DNA of 31,494 nt from a virus (lineage: Duplodnaviria > Caudoviricetes), in IMG/VR virus record IMGVR_UViG_3300042321_000182, positions 1 through 31,494 of that record, one strand, 5' to 3'. Of the stretch, positions 17,155 to 25,629 are shown piece after piece. The position numbers were made by a program, and so were the translations under genes. Below the pieces are notes generated by a model. The model was not told the DNA's origin. It saw nothing but the letters and a program-made list of their open reading frames with translations, and made no database searches. The stretch's first letter is position 1; the number at the start of each line of letters is the position of its first letter.

Positions 17155-18060
17155 CTACCTTTGATAGTGACTGCGGACTGGGAATTGTCTGCGTTGGTTT
17201 TCCGCACACTCGTTTAAACGCTGTTGGTAAACACCAAACAGGAAGCGTGCTGCGGTTTCGCCTGAACGAGCAGTTTGTTGTGAGTCAAGCAAGTCTGCTG
17301 CTGCGTGTTGCGGACCAAGGCGAGATGGGTCAAGAAAGGAAATCATCCTAAAGGAAGCGCCATAAAGGATTACATCCTCAGCGTATGAAGGCAGACCAGT
17401 AACAGTTGCAAAGTCATCAGTTGCTGCCGACAATAAAGTTGGGCGCTTTGAATAAACAACATTGACTTTACGCCCCGGAACGATAGGAGAGTAAACGCTG
17501 ATACTCTTTCCTAAGTTACCGCCTGTGCCAAATGTTGTTGGGTTTGCAAGTCTGTCTAATTGCCATGCACGAACTGGAAGCCACTCATTGCTCGGACCAA
17601 CAACAGAGTGTGTAATGTTTAAAATGTTTTCTGCATCATCAGGTAAATCATAAGTTGTTTTAGCAGCAACATAATTAAACTCTGTTTGTCCAGTTGCAAA
17701 GATAGCAGGATAGACGGCATTGATAGTGTCGTTGATTGCCCGTTTAATTTCATTGCGTGGAAATAATGGTGAAACTGTAACTCTATCATTAGCAGCATGA
17801 GCAGCAGCGGTAGTACCACGCTGTCCTCTACCCCAAGGGGCAAGAGTTAATGTGCTTGATGCTGGGTTAACGGTGTTTACATACACCATTTCATCATTGA
17901 TTTGTATGAAGCCACGACCAATTACTGATGTATCAAAAACAGTAAGGGAAGTTGTAGAAGTTGTTGCGCTAGTTGTTAGCCATGTGCTGGCTTCGGAGTT
18001 AACCGTGTAGCCATGCAATAGCGTATCAATACGCTCAGTTAATTGGTTAAGTGTACTCAT
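17155..18060 (-). CDS. Head-tail adaptor / tail tubular protein A-like
   Basis: Helical N-terminus, R.EIKRAINDTI, YDLPDD motif, helical C-terminus; position after the capsid module. Confidence 0.6.
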   Translation of the reverse strand: MSTLNQLTERIDTLLHGYTVNSEASTWLTTSATTSTTSLTVFDTSVIGRGFIQINDEMVYVNTVNPASSTLTLAPWGRGQRGTTAAAHAANDRVTVSPLFPRNEIKRAINDTINAVYPAIFATGQTEFNYVAAKTTYDLPDDAENILNITHSVVGPSNEWLPVRAWQLDRLANPTTFGTGGNLGKSISVYSPIVPGRKVNVVYSKRPTLLSAATDDFATVTGLPSYAEDVILYGASFRMISFLDPSRLGPQHAAADLLDSQQTARSGETAARFLFGVYQQRLNECAENQRRQFPVRSHYQR

Positions 18061-18323
18061 AGGTTAATAGACCTCAATGCATCTACCGCAGATTTTCCGG
18101 TTGTACTAGCAAGTTCATTACAAATTGCGTTTAAACCTTTATAGTCTTTTGGTTGTCGGGATGAACTAGCCTTGTAATTAAGGGCAGCAATAAGACCTAA
18201 GCCTGTTGTGCCTGCATAGGAATTGGCAGCACCTTGCGGTGCTTTAAAAGATGCCACGCTGGTAATACCTGCAAGGCGATTAAGTTCACCTGTTAATGTA
18301 CTGCCTGCTGTTCCTAGTGCCAT
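18057..18323 (-). CDS. Hypothetical virion-region protein (88 aa)
   Basis: Internal repeat ELNRLAG / CNELAS; coupled to neighbours. Confidence 0.65.
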   Translation of the reverse strand: MALGTAGSTLTGELNRLAGITSVASFKAPQGAANSYAGTTGLGLIAALNYKASSSRQPKDYKGLNAICNELASTTGKSAVDALRSINL

Positions 18324-18484
18324 TACTTAGCCTTTCTTTTTGCTGCTGCGTTATCCACTAAATTTGGATAAGGGCGACCAGCCCTCTTAGCCATAGCCTT
18401 AGCCTTGGCTTTCTGTGCTGGTGTTAAAGGTGTAGATTTTTTATTAGGGTTTTTAGTATCCCAAAATGCTTTTTTCTTTTTCAC
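18323..18484 (-). CDS. 53-aa Lys-rich protein (not in ORF track)
   Basis: GTG..TAA with overlaps at both ends: MKKKKAFWDTKNPNKKSTPLTPAQKAKAKAMAKRAGRPYPNLVDNAAAKRKAK. Confidence 0.7.
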   Translation of the reverse strand: MKKKKAFWDTKNPNKKSTPLTPAQKAKAKAMAKRAGRPYPNLVDNAAAKRKAK

Positions 18485-18747
18485 CACTTCTCCTTATTCG
18501 CCCAGTATGCTGCGGACATTTTGCCTTTGGCAATGTTCTTAGCATGACGAGCCTTGAAGGATGCTTGGCGTGCGGTTGGTTGTTTATCACCAGTCACGCC
18601 TTGCTGTCCAAAACGAATTGTTTTTACTTGTGAGCCTTCTTTAGCCACAACAACATGAGATTTAGTCGGATGACTTGGAGTACGCTTAGGTTTGTTAAAA
18701 CCCGATACTCCTGCTCTTGTTAGTCGTGGGTCTTTCTTGGCAGGCAT
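18481..18747 (-). CDS. Conserved basic phage protein
   Basis: NKPKRTP.HP.KSHVV.A......IRFGQQG...SFKARH.....SAAYWA..KW motif common in aquatic phages. Confidence 0.75.
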   Translation of the reverse strand: MPAKKDPRLTRAGVSGFNKPKRTPSHPTKSHVVVAKEGSQVKTIRFGQQGVTGDKQPTARQASFKARHAKNIAKGKMSAAYWANKEKW

Positions 18748-18749
18748 GC

Positions 18750-18908
18750 TTAGTACATCCCACCCATTTTTTTCATTGACTTAACTGCTTTTTTCATTGG
18801 CTTAACTGCTGCTTTCTTTGCAGGTGTCTTTGGTGCATTGGCTGCTTTCTTAGCAGCAGCCTTACCTTTTGCTGTGTATGGGAATTTCTTTCCGTTTACC
18901 ATTGGCAT
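18750..18908 (-). CDS. 52-aa Lys/Ala-rich histone-tail-like protein (not in ORF track)
   Basis: MPMVNGKKFPYTAKGKAAAKKAANAPKTPAKKAAVKPMKKAVKSMKKMGGMY; GGAG RBS, TAATG coupling. Confidence 0.7.
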   Translation of the reverse strand: MPMVNGKKFPYTAKGKAAAKKAANAPKTPAKKAAVKPMKKAVKSMKKMGGMY

Positions 18909-19060
18909 TATTCGTTCTCCATTTCCATGTTGTTTTTGTGATACATACCGGGTTGAACTGTGACCTTGTTTAAACTTGCTTCTGTTGGTTTACTGCTTAC
19001 TTCCCTACCGCCTACGCCGTAAGGTTCAACAGCACCATAGCATCCACACTCAGCACACAT
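18908..19060 (-). CDS. 50-aa protein with N-terminal CxxCGC (not in ORF track)
   Basis: MCAECGCYGAVEPYG...; AAGGAG RBS, TAATG coupling at both ends. Confidence 0.65.
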   Translation of the reverse strand: MCAECGCYGAVEPYGVGGREVSSKPTEASLNKVTVQPGMYHKNNMEMENE

Positions 19061-19623
19061 TACTTACTCCTTTGTGTTATGACTTTTACATCTCCGCCAA
19101 CACTTATGTTGTAATCAGCGGAAACCTTAATTGCTCTACGAGCCACAGCCTCAACGCTCTTAATAGAGTTCTTGCTCATGCCTGCTGCTGCTAGCGCACC
19201 AAGGGCTAAATCGCCCCCACTACCTACCGCATACAAACCACGGTCATCTCTTGACCATAAATAATCTTGGTCAACTTCGTAGATAACTCCGTTTAAACAA
19301 ATAAGTGCATCAAATCCGGCATCTTTATCTTTAGTTGTATCAGGGTTGTACCCATGTTCAATCATTGTTTCCCGTAGGGAAGGCAGAACTTTTGTCTGCA
19401 TAAACACATCTGTTGGTATTGTCTTAATTACTTTCGGTGGAGTCCAAAGGTAAGTTGCAATGTTTCCTGCAATAGCATCACCTGAAAACCCAAATACATA
19501 GTCGCCTTTTTTGATAACTTTATCCACACCTTTTGCATAGTATGGTTTGTCCTCATAGGTAGTCATGGAGTCGGCTGCGATTAACGCCCAACCCTTTCCC
19601 TGAATACCTACAATGGCAGTCAT
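19060..19623 (-). CDS. HslV/proteasome-beta-like Ntn protease
   Basis: Thr at position 2 (MTAIVG), AADS, K, GFSGD, A(V)GSG..ALGAL motifs. Confidence 0.8.
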   Translation of the reverse strand: MTAIVGIQGKGWALIAADSMTTYEDKPYYAKGVDKVIKKGDYVFGFSGDAIAGNIATYLWTPPKVIKTIPTDVFMQTKVLPSLRETMIEHGYNPDTTKDKDAGFDALICLNGVIYEVDQDYLWSRDDRGLYAVGSGGDLALGALAAAGMSKNSIKSVEAVARRAIKVSADYNISVGGDVKVITQRSK

Positions 19624-19625
19624 AG

Positions 19626-19898
19626 TTACCCCTTAAATGTCCCTGTATTTGCATCAAAGGCTTTGCCAGCCTTGTCAGATTTTTCAACTGCATCTTTAAT
19701 TTTTGCCATTGAAGTTCCAGCAGGTTGAATACCTTGCGCTCTTGCAGCAGCATAGGCATTAAGTTCAGCGTTCCATTTTTTATCAGTCATACCTTTAGCG
19801 CTGTTAGCATCACCTGTGCTGAACTCTAGGTTAGATGCTCTCAAACACTCGCCCCAATTTGTATGGTCTTGTGTTGGACAGCCAGTTCTACATGCCAT
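19626..19898 (-). CDS. Hypothetical protein with Cys/His N-terminus
   Basis: MACRTGCPTQDH..WGECLR...WNAELNAY..AR.QGIQP.GT. Confidence 0.7.
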   Translation of the reverse strand: MACRTGCPTQDHTNWGECLRASNLEFSTGDANSAKGMTDKKWNAELNAYAAARAQGIQPAGTSMAKIKDAVEKSDKAGKAFDANTGTFKG

Positions 19899-19900
19899 GT

Positions 19901-20158
19901 TTAAACCGTTGTTATGTATTCCTCATAGCCTGCTGCTATGAGCCGTGTTCTTGTTTGTTCATCAATGTCGTAAATGTGACCACCTAAATAAACTTCATCT
20001 GCTTCCAAGGTTTGAGTTTGACTTGGATAACGAAATGATGAATACACACCATTAACTCGTAGGACAGTAATCCCACGGTTTATGCCCATACGCTCAAAAA
20101 GGGTATGTCCACCAGCAGGGGTTTCTTTAATGCTGGGTGGTGTGAATTGGTATGCCAT
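19901..20158 (-). CDS. Hypothetical virion-region protein (85 aa)
   Basis: TAAGGAG RBS; YLGGH.Y....L.AAGY motif; first gene after the capsid. Confidence 0.7.
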   Translation of the reverse strand: MAYQFTPPSIKETPAGGHTLFERMGINRGITVLRVNGVYSSFRYPSQTQTLEADEVYLGGHIYDIDEQTRTRLIAAGYEEYITTV

Positions 20159-20177
20159 AATTCTCCTTAGTGTAACA

Positions 20178-20207
20178 GGGTAGCGGGCGTTTAAACACCC
20201 GCCACCC
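20178..20207 (-). terminator. GC-rich hairpin downstream of the major capsid gene
   Basis: On - strand GGGUGGCGGGUGU/ACGCCCGCUACCC, a 13-bp stem with two G-U pairs and a UUAA loop; weak U-tract. Confidence 0.7.
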
Positions 20208-20225
20208 CGGTACTAATCTCCGAAA

Positions 20226-21371
20226 TTAGTCAGAGATGCTAGATGAAGTTTCAATGCGGAACAACGCATCATCACGATAGCGGGCGAAACCAAGTACGCC
20301 GTACCATCCGATTGGGCGGAAACGCATTAACTTATCAGTAACAGGTCCGATAACTACGCCCGGTTCCTGTGCTACTGCTTCTGCCAAAGCCTGCTTTCCG
20401 CAAAGAATTGTGCGGTAAACATTTGTCTTTGGAGTAACAGTTACAGTTGCACCTGATGTTACAGCAGCAGTAGTTGCTACTGAAAGGGTGAGAACTGCAC
20501 CGTTGATTGCTGAAACAAGTGTGCTTGCGCCAGTTGTTGCAGAAATCGCTACACCATCACCGACATCAATACCTGATGTTGATGCAACAGTAATTGTTGT
20601 TGCACCTGATGCAGATGTTGTTGTGGTTGTAGTTGTGAAGGTTGACTGATTAGCACCTTCTGCCTTTTCGTACATGCGTGGTGTTTCTACAAAGAAAGCA
20701 CCTTCGTATGTTCCGATTGTTCCAGCCCATAGGTTACCCTGTGCAGAGTCTGTTTGAGCGTGGATGTCGCGCCATCCGACTGAGCCGGTTTCGGCGCGAA
20801 GGTCGTGTGAAACCTCAGGGTGAATACCTGCCCAGTACAAAGAACCTTGGCGTGGAACAGCCTTGTTGCTACGCAACTTGGCTACCGCACGGCGGATTTT
20901 TGCAGATGTTAGGGTATCAGCAGATGATACTGTTGCTGTTGAAGTAACAGTACCACCATAGATAACATTTGTTCCCTGACGGAGAGTTTCCATTGCTAAC
21001 TTATCAAGTGAGTCAGCCATGTTGAAGGCAATAATGTCTGCAACTGCTGGGTCCACATCTGATAGTGAGAATAGTTGTAACTTACGAGTTACAAGTGATG
21101 CATTACCGTATTCTGCAAGTGTTACAGAAGTGGTTGATACATCTGATAGCGCTACTGCATCAGGGTCTGTTGCCTCTGATAGTGCAGAAGTTGCCGCTGC
21201 CAAATCATTGTAAAGTGAAAATACAACGCTTGACCCCGGCATTGCTTGCTGTGCTGGTCGCTTGTCTGCAACGCTACGAACTAGCGGTTGCGAACGGAGA
21301 GCGAACTCAACATAGCGGTCATACGCAACTTTTACCAAGCCTGCAAGGGCTGTGGTGTTGGTATCTGCCAT
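20226..21371 (-). CDS. Major capsid protein (HK97 fold, N4-gp56-like)
   Basis: L.E..DP, TL.EYGN, A.S.D, YWAGIHPEV..DL, IG.YEG.FFVETP, D.L.RF..IGWYG.LG motifs; AAAGGAG RBS; follows the scaffold. Confidence 0.85.
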   Translation of the reverse strand: MADTNTTALAGLVKVAYDRYVEFALRSQPLVRSVADKRPAQQAMPGSSVVFSLYNDLAAATSALSEATDPDAVALSDVSTTSVTLAEYGNASLVTRKLQLFSLSDVDPAVADIIAFNMADSLDKLAMETLRQGTNVIYGGTVTSTATVSSADTLTSAKIRRAVAKLRSNKAVPRQGSLYWAGIHPEVSHDLRAETGSVGWRDIHAQTDSAQGNLWAGTIGTYEGAFFVETPRMYEKAEGANQSTFTTTTTTTSASGATTITVASTSGIDVGDGVAISATTGASTLVSAINGAVLTLSVATTAAVTSGATVTVTPKTNVYRTILCGKQALAEAVAQEPGVVIGPVTDKLMRFRPIGWYGVLGFARYRDDALFRIETSSSISD

Positions 21372-21401
21372 GAGTTATTACTCCTTTAGATTGGTAGTTG
21401 G

Positions 21402-21869
21402 TTAATTTAATCCAAGGATGCGATTTAATTCATCTGCGTTTCCTGCTGAAAGAATTTTAGCCATAGCATCTGAGTCAACTTCCGGAACTTGTCCTGTTGA
21501 AACCACTTGGTTAATTCTTGCATTTGCAGAAACATCTAGTGAATTGTTATTTGAAGCCTGCTCTGAATTAGCGTTTTGGGTTGAACCAAATACATCACCG
21601 TATTCATTTAGCCAGCCATTGATTGCTTCCTCAGAAGTATCAATGTCTTGCGGTATGAACGCAGCAATCTTTGGGTTAATGCCCTTGGCTTGTAACACAT
21701 CCTTCACAGTACGCTGGCGGGTCTGCGATTGCAGTCCTTTCAACTCCTGTTCCAGTTCTTTTGCACGCTTTTCAAGAGTGCGATTTACTTTTCGGAGTTG
21801 CTTAACTACATCCGTGCCTTCGTCACCGAAGTCATCAAACTCGTCATCATACTCGTTATTTTGGCTCAT
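21402..21869 (-). CDS. Capsid scaffolding protein
   Basis: Acidic N-terminus, coiled coil (QLRKVNRTLEKRAKELEQELKGL), directly upstream of the capsid gene; start MSQNN after a GGGAG RBS. Confidence 0.75.
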   Translation of the reverse strand: MSQNNEYDDEFDDFGDEGTDVVKQLRKVNRTLEKRAKELEQELKGLQSQTRQRTVKDVLQAKGINPKIAAFIPQDIDTSEEAINGWLNEYGDVFGSTQNANSEQASNNNSLDVSANARINQVVSTGQVPEVDSDAMAKILSAGNADELNRILGLN

Positions 21870-21994
21870 TAGCCATCTCCCTTTCGTTAGTTGTTGTATT
21901 CGCAATCCACAATGTATGTAGGGGAACATACCTTGGCTATTGCTACCAGACTTCTTACACTCATCCGGGCTGGTCGGTCAGATAAGGAACCTAG

Positions 21995-23506
21995 TTATTG
22001 GTTAGTCGTACTGCGTAGTGAATAAGCACCTACGCCTGACTGACCACCAAAGCGGAACATTTGTTCACGCTCTGCTCTGCGCTTTGACTTTAACAATTTC
22101 TCTTGCTCGCCACCTACAACGGCTTGTACTGCTTCTAGTTCGTTGTAGTTTTCGCGTTCAAGTTTTGCTAGTGATGATTGAGTATCAGCAAGTATTCTTG
22201 CTTTACCAAATTCTTGTTTTAACATTGATACATCTGCTGTACCAGTAGCACCAATTAAGGCTTCTGCTTCTCTAGCACGGGCAGCAGCATCAGCGCCTAA
22301 CATAAACCTAGCGCTAGCAGCAGCAGCACCAATTTCAGCAGAACGAACCTGCTTCTTAATAACATCCATTGCCTTCAATGGGTTAAGTAAGTAGCCAATG
22401 GCATCTGCTTCTGTTACATACATTTCGCCAAGAGCCTTCATAACATCAGGTTCTTTTTTCACACGGTCTGCTGCAAGGGCTGCTCGTTCCTCAAACTCAG
22501 GAAGTTTAACAAAGTTACCAATGTACTTTCCTAATTCAGAGCGTGAGCCATAAACCTCAGCATCAAGTCCCCGTGAACGAAGGACTGAAATCATGCCTGT
22601 TTCTAGGTCAATGTATTCACCTTCGGTAATTGCTCTTTGTGCATCACTAAGAGCCTTCATACCCGGAAAGCGTGCTTCATAAGATTTAGTTTTACGGATT
22701 TCAAGTTTAATTTGTGCAGCAGTCTTATCATCTAAAATCATTTTGTTTACTTCATCAGCAAGGTCTTTTAAACCTGCGCCTGAAAGAATAGAAACAAATT
22801 CCTCTAATGCTGTGCGTTGTCTATCGCGCTTTTCCTCTGTAAGAAGTTCAGCAGCCCTAAGATTACTTTCAGTATTATCTCCACCTGCATCATCAGGAAT
22901 AAAGGCAACAAATTCCTCGTATGTTCCACCTTTACCGTTGGAGAAAACATTGAAAATGTTTGTTCCGCCACCAACTTTAACTGACTTTGTTGTTATGAAC
23001 TTTCCAACAAAATCATTGCCAGTACCAGTACCGTCATCATCAGTACCGTCATCCTCAGTACCCTTACCTTTGTTTTTAAGAGCATCTGCTTCGGCTTTTT
23101 TCTTTTTAGCCAAGTCAATTTTTGCTTTAGCCTCAGCAGCCTTCTTTTTTGCTTCCTCGGACTTAGCCTTAGCAATAGCAATTTTCTCATCTGCTAATTT
23201 TTTAGATGCTGCTGCTTTATCAAGAGCAGCCTGAACCTTAGGGTCAATAGGAGAATACTTTGAAGGACCAGTAAACTCTACTGTCGCACCAGCACCTTTA
23301 GTTCCTGTTGTGCCAGTAGTTTTAGTAGGTGTCTTTGTAGGGGTAGGAGTTTTAACAGGTGTTGACTTAGGTAAATTACTGGGACCCGGTGATTGTGGAA
23401 CTTGTGTTTTTGGCGCAGGAGTAGGCTTTGGTGTTGGCTTAGGTGTAGGTTTTGGCGCAGGAGTAGGCTTTGGTGTTGGCTTAGGTGTTGGTTTAGGAGT
23501 TGCCAT
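21995..23506 (-). CDS. Putative internal virion protein with Pro/Lys/Thr-rich N-terminus
   Basis: PKPT repeats, Lys/Ala coiled coil, helical C-terminal domain (Y.ARFPG, EY...E). Confidence 0.55.
   Translation of the reverse strand: MATPKPTPKPTPKPTPAPKPTPKPTPKPTPAPKTQVPQSPGPSNLPKSTPVKTPTPTKTPTKTTGTTGTKGAGATVEFTGPSKYSPIDPKVQAALDKAAASKKLADEKIAIAKAKSEEAKKKAAEAKAKIDLAKKKKAEADALKNKGKGTEDDGTDDDGTGTGNDFVGKFITTKSVKVGGGTNIFNVFSNGKGGTYEEFVAFIPDDAGGDNTESNLRAAELLTEEKRDRQRTALEEFVSILSGAGLKDLADEVNKMILDDKTAAQIKLEIRKTKSYEARFPGMKALSDAQRAITEGEYIDLETGMISVLRSRGLDAEVYGSRSELGKYIGNFVKLPEFEERAALAADRVKKEPDVMKALGEMYVTEADAIGYLLNPLKAMDVIKKQVRSAEIGAAAASARFMLGADAAARAREAEALIGATGTADVSMLKQEFGKARILADTQSSLAKLERENYNELEAVQAVVGGEQEKLLKSKRRAEREQMFRFGGQSGVGAYSLRSTTNQ
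23408..23488 (-). repeat. 39-bp perfect direct repeat with 42-bp period (PKPTPKPTPAP)
   Basis: TTTTGGCGCAGGAGTAGGCTTTGGTGTTGGCTTAGGTGT at 23408 and 23450. Confidence 0.85.
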
Positions 23507-23509
23507 TTA

Positions 23510-24997
23510 TTAACCTACAATTCCGAAGTCACGAAGCAGGCTGAGTGCCTGATTGGTGTAAGTTTCTTTAGCGTTCTTTGTGTATTGCCATAGTGGGTCA
23601 TTTTTAACAGACTTAGTAAAATCTGCAAATGTAGATTTAGCAGGCTTACCGTCAACGCCAGTTTTCATTGCATACTTCATAAGGTCGTTCCACTTGATTG
23701 AACTTTCATCCATTTCAAGAAGGGAAGCCATCTGATTGCGATAATTACGAGTCATGTCGTAAAGACTTCTACCTTGATTTAAACCCTCAGCAAATGGGGA
23801 ATAAAGTTCACTAGATTGGCGTTTCATTTCCTCATACCAAAATGACTCATCACGACCATCCATTGTGTCTAACAATGATTGGTTAATTGATTTCTTGTAA
23901 TTGTCGTCAAGGCTAACGCCATACTTCCAAGCCAAATCATTGATACGGCGAATTGAACTTCCAATACTTCCGCCACCTGAAAAAATAATGTCTGACTTAG
24001 TAGCCAAGTAATTATCTAACTGGGCATCAGTCCAATCGTTTTTAACAGTTTCTAGGATGATGCCGTTTACACGCTTATTGTATTCCTCAGGGGTCATCAT
24101 CTTGCCAGTAGTCGGGTCAATTTGGTTTAAACGGATACCCAAGGCTTCAAGCCGTTGTCTTACTGCATCTGTTTTATTGTTAATCTTTTGACCAAAAGTT
24201 GCAGCGTTGCGTGGGTCATTAGACTCTAAGAAAAAGTTACGGAAAGTTGGATACTCGGTTTGCCACCAAGTTGTGCCTTTAAGGGCTTCCATAAAGGTTG
24301 CTTCATCCCAATTCTGCTTCTTAGCAGTATCAAGAAGTTTCTCAATGTCGTCACGCATTTTGGCATCATCAAGTGTTTTAAAGGTTTGTCGCATGTAAGA
24401 AACCCATACGGTCTTATCAATAACAACTTTATTCTTATCACCTGTGCCACCAGTACCGCCTGTGCCACCTGTTCCGCCAGTTACTCCACCAGTAGAACCT
24501 TTTGTGCCACTTTGTGATGCTGAACCTTTGGCTGTGTATGGCTCAGGGTCAATGGAGTTAGGAATACCATCTCCATCTGCATCCTCAAAACTTCCAGTAC
24601 CCTTACCACCGCTACCAACAACTGATGTAGGTGTAACCGTTCCACCAAGTTCTTTAATCTTGGCATCAATGTCTTTAATCTTTTTATCAGTTTCTTTAGC
24701 ACCAAGAGTAAGCGCTCTCTTGCGCTCGCCCTGTAAGCGAGTAACTTCTGCTTGATTTTTCTTTTGCAATGCAGCAGCAGATGCTGTTTTAACTTGTGCA
24801 TTAAGTTCGTCAAATGCTTTCTTTGCTGCTAAGTATTCTTTTTCTGCTTTTGTGTATGCAGGAGTGTTTAACTTAGCGCTTGCAAACGCTTTTCTTTTTT
24901 GTTCAAGAAAATAACCTGTTCTAGCAAGTTTTTCCTCAGGGGTCATTTCATCAGGTTGGACATTACCTCTACCGCCACCGCGTGGACCGACTGCCAT
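23510..24997 (-). CDS. Putative internal virion protein
   Basis: Helical, GGT-repeat linker, DADGDGIPNSIDP Ca-binding-like motif, C-terminal DP.WQYTKNA. Confidence 0.55.
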   Translation of the reverse strand: MAVGPRGGGRGNVQPDEMTPEEKLARTGYFLEQKRKAFASAKLNTPAYTKAEKEYLAAKKAFDELNAQVKTASAAALQKKNQAEVTRLQGERKRALTLGAKETDKKIKDIDAKIKELGGTVTPTSVVGSGGKGTGSFEDADGDGIPNSIDPEPYTAKGSASQSGTKGSTGGVTGGTGGTGGTGGTGDKNKVVIDKTVWVSYMRQTFKTLDDAKMRDDIEKLLDTAKKQNWDEATFMEALKGTTWWQTEYPTFRNFFLESNDPRNAATFGQKINNKTDAVRQRLEALGIRLNQIDPTTGKMMTPEEYNKRVNGIILETVKNDWTDAQLDNYLATKSDIIFSGGGSIGSSIRRINDLAWKYGVSLDDNYKKSINQSLLDTMDGRDESFWYEEMKRQSSELYSPFAEGLNQGRSLYDMTRNYRNQMASLLEMDESSIKWNDLMKYAMKTGVDGKPAKSTFADFTKSVKNDPLWQYTKNAKETYTNQALSLLRDFGIVG

Positions 24998-25629
24998 TAT
25001 GCCTTCACCTCACGCATCTCTCCTGCTAATTCATTGTAGATAGCATCTAAGTATTTATTTTCTTGGCGAGAGTCATACTCATCTGATGATTTAATAAAGT
25101 CAACAACAGCCTGTTGGCGACCACCAGCACCAGTTGAACTGGATTGAGTCATAGCCTTTTGAAAAGCCTTTTCGTATTCTCCACCAGTAGCATCACGACC
25201 AAGTAATGATTGGTATGTGCTTTGAACTAGAGCCTTAGCATCCTGAGATGTGTAAGAAATACCTGAGCCAACACCTTGTTTAGCATCCATGGCAATAAGT
25301 TCATCAGGTGTAAATTTACCACCCTGTTGAAAGTAACCAATAGACTTGCGACCATAGGCAATCCACTCATCAATACCATTAACAACATTAACTTTCTTAC
25401 CAAGGGCGTTGAACTTATCTACCCACTTTTGGCGTTCTGTTTCAGACATTGAAAACCATCTTTTGGTCCACTCATCTAAGCCAACAGTTTTGTCTTTACC
25501 ATCAGCGCCTTTGCCTTGATAAACACCGCCTGCTGCTAAAGCATTATTAAAGATGTCCATAGAACTGGTTGAACCAGTCTTATTACTAGCAGTTGTTTCA
25601 ACCGCTGTTTTATCTTTTTCGTCTGCCAT
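24997..25629 (-). CDS. Hypothetical virion-region protein
   Basis: YQSLLGRDAT..E...SDEY resembles DUF4214-like helical repeats; coupled to neighbours. Confidence 0.55.
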   Translation of the reverse strand: MADEKDKTAVETTASNKTGSTSSMDIFNNALAAGGVYQGKGADGKDKTVGLDEWTKRWFSMSETERQKWVDKFNALGKKVNVVNGIDEWIAYGRKSIGYFQQGGKFTPDELIAMDAKQGVGSGISYTSQDAKALVQSTYQSLLGRDATGGEYEKAFQKAMTQSSSTGAGGRQQAVVDFIKSSDEYDSRQENKYLDAIYNELAGEMREVKA

